Source: Octopus bimaculoides (taxonomy: Eukaryota). Taken from it: a stretch of 49,084 nt of DNA. A program made the position numbers and the translations under genes. Below are positions 35,696 through 46,519 of this stretch, piece after piece. The notes beneath the pieces were generated by a model, which did no database searches, was not told the DNA's origin, and worked only from the letters and a program-made list of their open reading frames with translations. Location: NCBI RefSeq assembly GCF_001194135.2, contig NC_068981.1, positions 199,673,008 to 199,722,091 on the forward strand, given 5' to 3'. How positions within the stretch are numbered: position 1 is the stretch's first letter; each line of letters begins with the position of its first letter.

Positions 35696-37125
35696 TTTAT
35701 CTTCCTCTTGCGTCGACAACTTCATGAGCATGGATGTGTCAAGCAGTGTCTCCAACATTCCAACTCTGGAGACAGTCTCTTCGTTGACTGATCTCCACCG
35801 AGCCAAGACGTCCAACAGAGCTCTCTCACATGTCAGCACCAGAGCTTCACAAATAACCACGGAAATCATTCAGAAGGCGTCTCAGCAACCAAAGGGCGAA
35901 GTGCTGCCTAATTAACTCTGTAAATAAATATTGTTGTGTTGATAGTTCAGAATCTGCATTCCGTTGTATCTTCAGAATTTAATGTACGAAAGCGGTGTAC
36001 ACCTAATGGTGTATAACCACTTTCCTATAAGGTAATACACGGAAGAGTTCATAAGTGAAGAGCTATGTTCATCAAACTCTTTCTATTATCATTTAACTTG
36101 TATATATTTGAGACCAAGAGTAAAGGTATTTAAAGTCACAGCTTTGTTCTTTGAATTCATTGCACCATGTTCCTTTATCAAATGATTTTACAGCCTTTGG
36201 AACAGAGTCATCAAAAGATGGCTTCACAACTTGAGAACACGACCATCTAAATATGTTTCAAATTAATTGACCTTGTCAACCATTTTTACATTTACATCTC
36301 TAGTTTCCATCAATTTAGTCTTTGATCACTCTCAGGTGATTTATTCCTTGATGCATATATAGTACCAGGATGGATTTGAACAAGGAGACTTCATTTCTAA
36401 ACTAAGAGTAGTAACCCTTAACTATGTTATTGTGCCAATGGCATAGTCGATAACATATCCAGGAATACAACATCTGGTGACAATCAGATGTCAGGTGAAA
36501 AATTCTAATCACCCATAAAAGACTTTCTGAAAAATCTAACAAAACAAACGTTAGTCATAGAAACCTGTACGTTTGGTAAGAATAAAGAGAAAAGAAGTAT
36601 AAAAATGAGAAGAGGAATGCATTAACAACTGTGGAGGTCGTTCTGAACATTGTTTAATGACTGCTCGAGTAACATTAGCTCTGGCTTTATCACATGAAAT
36701 GGATTAGGGAAATCTCTCCCTAGTCTATTATAGGTAATATTCTCTGATGCTCTAATACCTAGTCCAGGTGGGTGAATTTGCAGACTGTTCTGTCCACAAA
36801 CATTCACACTCCAAGGATAACATTATTCCCCGTCTCATGATATAAGCTGTAGCATCACTACAGCATTCAGTTATCATTATAATATTATTTTTACTGTTAT
36901 TATTACTGTAACCAGGTAAAAAACACCCACGTTGGTACCATGTAAAAGGCACCCCTTCTTATGCCACATAAAACAATGATGATGACTAGAATTATTTAGA
37001 AGTATTTCATTAGCATTTACATTTTATAGGTTTGAAGAAAATACACCATCAGAAAAACACTTAAACCAACACACACACACACACACACAAACACACTGCA
37101 CTAGAATTAACTTGATATGAATCAA

Positions 37126-37325
37126 CCCTTTAGCAGTTAAACTGGCCATACCCAGCCAAAATATTCTACCCATTTTATGTTCAAACCTGCTAGAATTGGC
37201 CTCTCATACATACCCTACAATGTCATTTTAGAAATAAGCAATCACATCAACAAAATCTCAACACTACAAGATAATGCGTGATTAATGAAAACAATGTAAA
37301 TAAATAATCTGAATGCTGCACAGGT
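37126..37325. mobile_element. piggyBac-type MITE (sister of 26840-27060, inverted)
   Basis: Starts AACCCTTTAGCA; internal ATTCTACC..TTTTATGTTCAAAC and TACAAGATAATGC.TGATTAAT are complementary to the 26840 copy; right TIR decayed. Confidence 0.65.
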
Positions 37326-37387
37326 AAACAGTACAAGATGGTTATTAAACAGAAATGGAATTAAGCTAGAAAACAGTTGAAACTTAC

Positions 37388-38626
37388 CAATATAACAGGT
37401 CCAGAACTTTCATTCTTAAAAAATGGGTTTGGACTTAAAACAGCCAAAGTTAGTTCATATGAGGCAAAGATCAAACCCAATAAGGTCGTAATGGAAAAAG
37501 CAATTACGTTGGTGCTGGGTAAGAAATATGCCACAAAACAAGTAATTGGATTTGCCATGATGTTCAGCAACACAGACAAAAAATAAGGATAGTTACCATA
37601 GGGCAGACAAGCATATGACTGTATGGCAGGAAGAACACCATTTGAGAGGGCATTCAGTAATGTTGTTAGAAATATAAGATAGATGAAGAGTGAGAGAGAA
37701 ATATGCTTGGTGCGACTACAAACTAAGTCATTATTTCCATCATCAGAATTTTCACTTCTGTCGTTGGTACCTCTATAAAGATGATCCACTGATTCCCCAG
37801 AAGCACCAATTTCACTGCAGTCACAAGGTGAAACAAAAGCATCCCTGTCATTCAGCTCTACAGTCGTGGTCTGTTGACTTTGAGATGGAGTCATTTTAGA
37901 GTCTTTGCGTACGAAGGTTTTCTCGTTAATTACCATTTCATTCTTACAAATTGAAAGAGTATTTAGTAATGTGAACGAGATTCCAGACAGTAGCATCATG
38001 GTGAAGAGAAAGAGAAAGAAATCCCTAACAGGAAAGTGAGGTGGCATCAATTGAGGATATAATTTGTATGTTGTAATGTTGTCAACATCAGTTGTGGAAA
38101 TGTTCCTACATTCTATATTTTTAGCACCCTGCCCCAAAGCAACAAAGCTGGGTAAAAGGCCACTTAAGCCTTCCCCAATGAAATAACTAATCAAATATTT
38201 TTCTTGAAAGTTGGCAACAAATGGGAAAAAAGCAACTGATGAAGTACAGTCAACCAGAGCAAGAAAAAATTCTAGTAAAAGCAAAGCAGAGCTGTGTTGT
38301 CTTCCAGCAATGATTGTAACCTTATCCCAAAAGAATGATAACAGCATACACGCTGAAGAGCCAATAATAAGAAGAGTCAATATGACTTTCTTTTCATTAA
38401 GAATATTTGGCAGAAACACACTGATAAGGGTGTAAGTTATTGGACCAATATTTGCAAGTTGGATGACAACAGACAGATATGAAGGAAGATCCCATTTCTC
38501 AGGTAAATTCTGTACAAGAATTGGTAACTCAACCCAGATACCATTAATGGCAATCCAAGAGCCAATTCCAAAGACACAAAGTAAGGAATGGACAATCACA
38601 GAATTTTTTTCACAAGTAAATTTCAT
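37388..38626 (-). CDS. SLC52A: SLC52-family riboflavin transporter, large first coding exon (413 codons)
   Basis: ORF has family motifs FGIGSWIAINGIWVELP, LPEKWDLPSYLSVVIQLANIGP, LVDCTSSVAFFPF, YFIGEGLSGLLPS, NALSNGVLPAIQSYACLPYG; donor TTG|gtaagt at 37387; acceptor attttag| puts the exon start at 38700 (5'UTR 38627-38700). Paralog number cannot be assigned. Confidence 0.95.
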
Positions 38627-38879
38627 TTTGATTCCAGCTTTTGATGGTATTCTTGGTAAGTACTGCTATTTACCTCAGTATCACTGGATCTGAAGATTAC
38701 CTAAAATTAGAATAAAGAATAAATAACTTTAACAGAAGCACTGCGAGAAAATATAATTAAAAATAACATTCATTATGTATATGTAAGAGTAATGTTTGTT
38801 GAAAATTTCCTAAACCATTTTAACTAATTTCATAATCACCCTCATCACTTTTCCATTCATGTTTAAGTTAAAGGAGACA

Positions 38880-39250
38880 GAGGATGTCTTCTTCAATACA
38901 TTATCTCACCACTTGTTGCAATACTTTGTCATTTGTAAGGTTCAGTGCCATGAGGTCAGCTTCCATCGTTTCTTCCTTAGTTTTCCTCTTCACATGTTCC
39001 ATGCTGAACTCTTCTTTAAACATCTCTCATTCTCCATACACATCACTCATACCAGTGCATAATATATCCTATTTCTTTTACAACCAGTTTTGTTCTCAGT
39101 TCATTTGTGTTCTGTTGTCCATATACATAAACATTACACATCCAATGGAGTAGCTGTGCCTCATTTCTTTCTTCACTGCACACATCAACTGCATTCAATG
39201 CCCAACTTTCACTTCTAAGCAACACTGCATTTCATAGACAAACATCATAC
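38880..39250 (-). mobile_element. RTE LINE ORF2 C-terminal fragment
   Basis: MLLRSESWALNAVDVCSEERNEAQLLHWMCNV. Confidence 0.7.
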
Positions 39251-40492
39251 AATGTGTGTTTCACTTACAGACAGACTCCTCCCTCTTTTTGCCAGTATTT
39301 ACTCCGTGTAATTTCTTCAACCAGTCTTAGGCTACTGTTTTCAGAAAACCAACACTGTTATTGTGTTACTTTGGTAAAAGAAGCTGTCAATTACATCCAG
39401 AGAGTATTTGAAAGAATTCCTTTCATGCATCCACATATTGTTAACTACTCCAGTCCATCTACTACATAAGAAGCTTTTCTTCACTGTCAGTCTGCCATTG
39501 ATGTTATTGCATCTCTGGTACACTTATGATTTACATTAGGTCCACATAGTACACAGTTCCTACCAACTCCTTTTCTGCAGATTGTAGTCGGCAAAGCTGA
39601 ACGATGGAGACAACCATGAGGTTTGTTAGACAACGATTTTAAGTGTGTTGACACAATGAAAAATTGCCTGTTTAATATTTAGCAGCAAACTCTGTTGTTC
39701 TTTGATGTAAGTCACAAGTGTCAAAGCCTATAAAACAATCCCACGAAAACAAAAAAACCAGTAAAATTCAAAAAGTATAAAACAAATCAAACTATATCAA
39801 AATATGTTAAGGGTAAAAGAGTGTGGGGGGAAGAAAGAGTGACAGAGCAAAATATTTTCCCCAATTTTGTATGTAAATATGTAAAGTTATCTAAAACAAT
39901 TACATCTATATTGTCAAGTTATTCAGAACTGTTCACCATTTAAAATGACATGTATAAACATGAAGTCATTTAAGACTTTCATGATGGGGAATGACAAGTT
40001 AGCAGTACATAACAAATCAGCAAATTGCACCATCATTTATTTAGCTTATCAATATTATCTTGGCATTCCTGATAAAGGGGAAAAAAACGATAAAGAAATA
40101 ATGTAGAGATGTTCATACAATGCAAAGAGATGATTTATTAATTCCTTATGTATTTTGGGTACAACACCCACCTATAAAGGAAACAAAAACAGGGTTAGAA
40201 ACCAGACCAGCATGCAGAAAGTATGATCACCTGAGTTGGCATGGGAAAGAGGGGTAGGAGAAGGGTGTGGAAGTACCAGCAGCAAGTCACCGTGGCACAC
40301 CACGGCCACTAACAATGCTTTTTATCATTGGGGACTGCTGAGGCAACTACAAACCTTCACCACTGCTGCAGTCACTATCCGCTGTAGTAGCACAACCACT
40401 ACAATTGCTATCCTGCTGTTGTTGCTACTTCCATACATTCACCCCACCCCCCTCCTGCAACTACTACCACCACCACCACTGATGGCACTAGT

Positions 40493-40523
<31 letters not shown>

Positions 40524-40679
40524 ATCCTTCCACTAACAAAAATCTATGGTAATCTTTAGTCTCTTAAAAAGTCATTAACTGTTCTTCTTCTGCTGGTGGA
40601 CATTTTCTGCTAAGTCTTCTTATCATAAGAAACTATCTGCATTATTTCTTTATTGTGTCTTTCTATCACAATAACTGAA

Positions 40680-42530
40680 GTAATTTATTCAACGTCAGCT
40701 ACGATTGTTGCTAAACTTATCAAGGGTGATGTCTCAGTGGTTGTCAGGGTAATCGCCCCTAATGACATCATCTTCTACCCTACCGAGGGGGTCTTGGCCA
40801 CCCTCCAGCTCAGACAAGCTGAATCACCAGCAGACCTCGGACCAATATCCCCACCTTATCCTCAGCTGCTATACATGGCTTCCAAAAAAGATTTCCTCTC
40901 TGCTCTGAAGTCTTTCCCTCTCAGTAGGTGTCAATGGTCTCCAACCTAACCACCTCAAAGACTTACTGCCTCCTCTTTCTGCTGAAGCCAGGCACCACCT
41001 GCTGAGTGCAATTACTACTCTCAGTAACAAGTTCATTCATGATGCCCTGGACTCTTATTCCCAACACCTCTTCTTTTTGGCCTGCTTAATCACTCTTGGG
41101 AAGAGGGACTGTGGCATATGCCTCATCCACATGGCCAAGGTTATCTGCAGGTCTGTCACATCTGAAAAAGGCAAGGAACTCAGCCCAGAGAAGCTAGGAG
41201 TCACCTATACTGCCAGACAATTCTTCAATGACTATGCTCCCAAGTCAGCACTGAGTGATTCCAGGCACCTCAGTGTTAAGGCTGACATGAAAAATGCTTT
41301 CAATTGTCTGCACCATGAACGCTTTCTCAAGGTCTGCATCCACAGCACCCCATCGGCTTACCTGTCATATGGGTCCCTGAGCATGCTCCTCATTGCATAT
41401 AAGGTCATACCATCTATGACTGGTGTCCAACAGGGTGATCCATCATGCCTCCTCTTTACTCTCAAGGTGGATGGTATTGCTTAGAGTATCAGGAGTCCTT
41501 TCAATGACTGGTACCTGGATGGTGTGATGATAGGTGGGCCTGCAGAGAGTGTCTGCCATGACCTCTGATCAGTGGTTCCCATTCTGGCAAGAATAACTCG
41601 TCCAAGTCAGAGGTCATGAACATCAATTACAATGCAGAGGGCTTCGCAGCCTCCATCTCAGAAGTACAATCATTGCTCCACCAAGTGCAGGTGACCTCAA
41701 GAGAGGATATCCTTACCCTTGGTTCACCAATCCCTCTGTCTATCACTCACTTCAGCTTCAGTTCCAGTCTTCACCAGTTCAAAACTCTGACCAGCAGACT
41801 GAACTTGATCAACACCCATCTGGCATTCTTCCGGTTAAACTGTTCTGCCATGCTGAAGCTTCTATATATCTTCCGTAGTGTCCCTTGCTACAGTCACACA
41901 TCATTCCTCACAGATCTTAATGCCTGTATCCAATGGGCCACTGAGAAGATATGCAATGTCTGATTTGACAACACTGGGTGGTAACAGACCACCTTACCCA
42001 TCAGATATGGCAGCCTCCAGTCTCTGGTCTCACAGGGCTTGCCAGCATTTCTCTCATCAGTGACCTCTGGACATGTCCTCATCAACAGGGTTCTCCACAA
42101 TGCAACCAAACTTATAGTGATCAGGGATTGTGAGGTGGCCTACATGAGATGGAGTCAACTCGGTCTCCACTCTGTGGATGTCCATCTACCTCTCCCTTTT
42201 GTGGATAAGTCTCCACCAACACCACCACCAAAGAAAAAATGGGATGCCATTCAGCACTGTGTGATCTCAGTGGGGATAATGCACCATCTCGACCAGCACT
42301 GTCTGGCATATTTCCGCTCAACCTGCCTGGCTCAACGCAACGCCATCACCCTTGACTATCACTCAGCTGGATAGTAACTGTTTGTGCATAGGTGTTTCCC
42401 TGAGGCTGGACCTTCAGATCTGTGAGCCTCACAAATGCTGCTGCAAATTCACTGCAGATTCTTTTGGCTTCCATCCATTGTCAGGCTATTATAGAGCTGA
42501 TTGCCTTCTATGTCATGCAGCTCTCAATGA
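40680..42530 (+). mobile_element. Degenerate CRE-clade non-LTR retrotransposon (RT plus C-terminal zinc-knuckle region)
   Basis: KGDVSVVVRV, SALKSFP, KADMKNAFN, GVQQGDPS.LLFTL, FNDWYLDG, GVSLRLDLQICEPHKCCC..D.FGFHPLS..HAALNE. Confidence 0.75.
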
Positions 42531-42589
42531 GGGACTAGACAGAGAGAACAGAAAATACAGAGAATAAGAGAAATCAGTAATAGAGATAT

Positions 42590-42860
42590 TGTGAGTACTA
42601 ACTCAAACACTATAATAGAAAGTGAAAGGAACAAACATAGCAATATAAATAATCAGGTAGAAAAAGGAGATAAAGAAAGTAGAGTTAGATATAAGAAATG
42701 TGATTGTGTAACAAATAAATTTTGCCCATTAGAATCTAAGTGTATAATTAAAGAAACAGTGTACAGGTGTAAAGTAATTTCAGAGGGACAGGTATACGAC
42801 TATACTGGTGCTAGCAAGACCACTGAAGGAATGGTAAGATAGTATAGGAACATAAACACG
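42590..42860 (+). mobile_element. Penelope-like element GIY-YIG endonuclease fragment
   Basis: CDCVTNKFCPLESKCIIKETVYRCKV....YDYTGAS resembles CNC..CPL...C....VY...V...YIG. Confidence 0.65.
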
Positions 42861-43402
42861 TTAGCAAGTATTGACCTAATTTCAGACAGCAAGCGGCTTT
42901 ATTCCTCACCAGTCAGGTCGAAAGTCCAAAATATGGGACTATTTTTAGTAACACTCACACCATGTACATGAATAATTCTGGTTGAACTAATACTCTGCTC
43001 AAATGCTATCTGAAATACAGTTAAATTTTATTCTGATGAAACAGCACCAGCAATTAAAACTAAAATGCATAATTTGCAGTGTGCATTGGCTTGCAGCGGA
43101 AACATATGTAGTTACTTGCAAAGCTGCGATTAACTGAATAATAAAGCCTAGATATGTAAATCTTTGTTCTCCTGGTATTTATTAATTTATCATTTCTTCT
43201 CTACCAACACTATGCAGTCTTTATAAAGTTATTTGGATTCACCAAAGTGAGGATTTACCAAGTATAGTAAATTCAACTAACTGGAGTTCATCTACATTCA
43301 CTGAGGTTAACCAGCATCGTTAACCGAATAAGAGTAAGCATGATATCCACGAGGATTATATAGCCCTCTTAACCAATTTAGGAAATTTACTTTATACATA
43401 CA

Positions 43403-43452
<50 letters not shown>

Positions 43453-43639
43453 TAGGTACATATAAATGGATATAAATAGAGACAAAAACTAAATATATTT
43501 AGAAGATAAACACAAATGTACATGTGTTTATAGTCGAAATATATTTAGTTTTTGTCTGTATATATATTTCCCTATATATATATACTTCACAAGTAGTGAA
43601 ATTTGTGTTTTTGTGATCATGTGTGTATGCTGTAGTCTG

Positions 43640-44320
43640 CAATTTTTGCCATGGTCAGGAAGTTGGAACAAAGAGGCAACATGGAATTTTGCACTAAACT
43701 GAAGAAGTCTGCTACAAAGACATTGAGCATGCTTTGGCATGCTTATAGTGATGAGACAATGGGTTGTATGCAATGTTGCGAGTGGCACCGGCACTTCAAA
43801 AGCTGAAGAACATCTCCAGAAGACAATGAGCAATCTAGAAGACCTGCCAAAAGTATCACCACTGGAAATGTGGAGAAAATTCATCAGCTTGCATCTGAAG
43901 ATTGTTGGAGGACAGGCAACAATGTTTTTAAGCATTTTGAGGGGAGGGGCATTTGGCAGAAGTGACCAGATGTGTGGTGCATGAAAAACTGGATTCTTCA
44001 CAACAACAATGTACTGTCACTAACCTCTTCACACCTGCCTTATTTGCCAGATTTAGCACCTGCAGGCTTCCATCTCTGCCTCAAGATGAAAATGCAGTTC
44101 AAAGGACACTATTGTCGAGATCAAAAGGGAATTGCAGGCCTTCAACTCCCTTATGGAAAATGACTTCCAGGCCAGATTCCAAAAGTTGCTGGAATGCTGG
44201 AACCAGTGAATTGCTTTGCAAGGTGACTGTTTCAAAGGAAGTGATGTTAAAACTGAGGTAAATAAGTTATTTTTATCAAACATTACCAGTCTGGGAACTT
44301 TTTGCTACCCCCTTGTATAC
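43640..44320 (+). mobile_element. Internally deleted mariner, same family as 17990-19188
   Basis: LEQR.N..FC start, NWILHNNN..PYLPDLAPAGFHL, end GGGAACTTTTTGCTACCCCCTTG then TA. Confidence 0.82.
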
Positions 44321-44634
44321 ATAGATACACTTATACATTATATGTAGGAGGGGGTACCCAAAAGTAACTGGAAATATTTTCTGTGGGACAAGCCCATAGT
44401 AGTTCAGGCTTCCATCACTAGAAGCCACTTGATGCAACCCTCAGGCATCAGTCTACCAACTGGCAGAGCTCCAGCACTGCTTCAAACAGTGGAAAACACG
44501 TCTGGACCAATGCATTGCTTCAAATAGGGAATACTTTGATGGAGATAAAAGTGTGAATATGTAAAACTAAGTGAATAAAATGATATTGCAAAATTCTGGT
44601 TTCTTTTGGGTACACACTTATATTTATATATATC

Positions 44635-44950
44635 ATCGACATCATCATCATTTAATATCTGCCTACCACGCTAGCATGGGTGGGACAGTTTGACAGGAGC
44701 TAGCCAAGCAGAAGCCTGCACCAGACTTCTGTGACTGTTTTGGCAGGATTTTTACAGCTGAATGCCCTCCCTAACACCAACCACTCAGCAGAGTGGACTG
44801 GATGCTTTTTACACAGCACAAGTACAGGTAAGGTCAGTTTTTGCAAGGTTTTTACAGCTGGATGCTCTTCCGAATACCAACCACTTTACAGAGTGGACTG
44901 GATGCTTTTTAAGTGCCATCTGCACTGACAGGGTCACTAAGTACCTTGCA
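44635..44950 (-). mobile_element. RTE LINE 3' end with an internal ~100-bp direct repeat
   Basis: TTTTACAGCTG.ATGC...CCAACCACT...AGAGTGGACTGGATGCTTTTTA at ~44750 and ~44850. Confidence 0.75.
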
Positions 44951-45720
44951 AGATGAAAACAAAATTTGAGAGGGGTGTGGGCAGTGGAGGAGATGATCTT
45001 GTGTCAGATGAGGGAAGTTATGAGGCAGAAACAGGTGCCTTGCTGTGGAGGAGGTATAAGGTTGCTCAGCCAGAGGGAGAGATCAGGAATGAAGAGAAAA
45101 TCTCCACAAAGGAGATGTATGGTTACCCAACCTGAGGGAAGTGCAGGAGGAGAGGGAGAGTGGGAGACAGCAGGGTAGAGATGGTGGCAAAGTGCCAGGC
45201 ATACTTGCAAGGGACAGGGACCAGAATATGAATGGGATGGTTGAGTAGAGGAAGAGGGATATAAATGACATTAGTGCCAAGGCATTCCCTTGAGGTTCAA
45301 AGGTCATGATATGTGGCAGGATATTGCCAAAGAAGCATGATTAGAGAGTGCAGGAGGGGAAATGAGTGGTGAAAACCTAAGTATATATAGAGTGGGCAGG
45401 GGCTACCAGATGATACAGGGGAACAGGGCCGTGAGGACAGGATTGGGGAGTGAGAGGTAGGCATACTGTATGAAGGAGGAGATGTGAGTACGAGATGGTT
45501 TGTTGGGGTTAGGGGTGTGTGAAAAGTTTTCTTGTTACATTAGGGTGGAACACACAGATTAGGGGCTAGTGGATAGCAGTGATATAGTGAGACAGGGCGT
45601 GTGGGTGGAACACAAGTCGGGAGCTAGTGGAGAGCAATGATACAGTGAGACAGGGCCAAGAGAACAGGATTGAGGAGTGGGAGGTAACATAATGCATGAA
45701 GCGGAAATGCAAGGGAGAGA
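44950..45720. repeat. Purine-rich dispersed repeat (copy 2) with a ~60-bp tandem duplication at ~45542-45657
   Basis: Similar to 14760-15350; GGGTGGAACAC...GCTAGTGGA.AGCA.TGATA.AGTGAGACAGGGC occurs twice. Confidence 0.55.
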
Positions 45721-45756
45721 TGTAGAGATGTATGTGTATACACACACACAAACACA

Positions 45757-45767
<11 letters not shown>

Positions 45768-45822
<55 letters not shown>
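45768..45822. repeat. (AT)n microsatellite
   Basis: Direct reading. Confidence 0.9.
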
Positions 45823-45825
<3 letters not shown>

Positions 45826-46519
45826 TTTAAATTTACAGAAAAACAGAAGACGAAGACAGGTGTATAAACAACAAGTAGGTGTATTAGTTTGACGCTCAGA
45901 AAGGTGAGAAAGACTTTTATGTTTCGAGTCTATGCTCTTCAACAGAACAGAACACAAGGAAATAAACAGAGAGAAAATTTTTTAAAAAATTTGGGAGTTA
46001 GCGGTCAATCATGGCTGGTTGTATACATAAAGCCAGAACTATGATAATAGCTTAGGAGTGAAATTTAGGATTTCTCAGTTTTCTGTGAAAGGATTTTGAT
46101 AAACCTTTTCACAGCTGTTTTGCACGCGATGGCAACACCATTGTTATGTTTTTATTATTCTGTGTAACATCATTTCTTTTTTATTTCAGGTTCTTCAGTT
46201 TTTGGGTGAACCATGCTAATTTTGTTGCCATTGCATGACATTAGTCAAGACAAAGAAATATCTGATTCCTGATGTAAACAACTTACTGCTCTATCCTCCA
46301 CACTTGAATATTAACAGTCTCTGGTGCAAGCTAAAACTTGCATGTATCCTACTAAAATAACCAGGATTTCTGTTCCTCTGACACAAAAAATCTCTCACTC
46401 TTTACCTGTAAAAAAGATTTCTGCTGGTCAATATATATATTCAATGCTCAAACTGCACTGACATAGATCCCATTCTCCCTACCATTCACCTAAATATCAT
46501 TAACTAAGGCTTCCATTTC

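Noticed and set aside
35290-35869. Minus-strand ORFs (91 and 96 aa) as extra SLC52 exons or a BACK-domain protein
   Set aside because: The SLC52 CDS is complete without them; they are in different frames, one has no usable ATG, and the resemblance of LVLTCERALLDVLARW to a BACK motif is too weak
37361-37387. C-terminus VSFNCFLA* of the 421-aa ORF
   Set aside because: Read-through into the intron; a GTAAGT donor at 37387 and a matching terminal exon at 31855-31655 give the real C-terminus
40236-40559. 107-aa ORF with poly-T/P/L/M tracts
   Set aside because: Translation of trinucleotide microsatellites (ACC, CTG, GAT)
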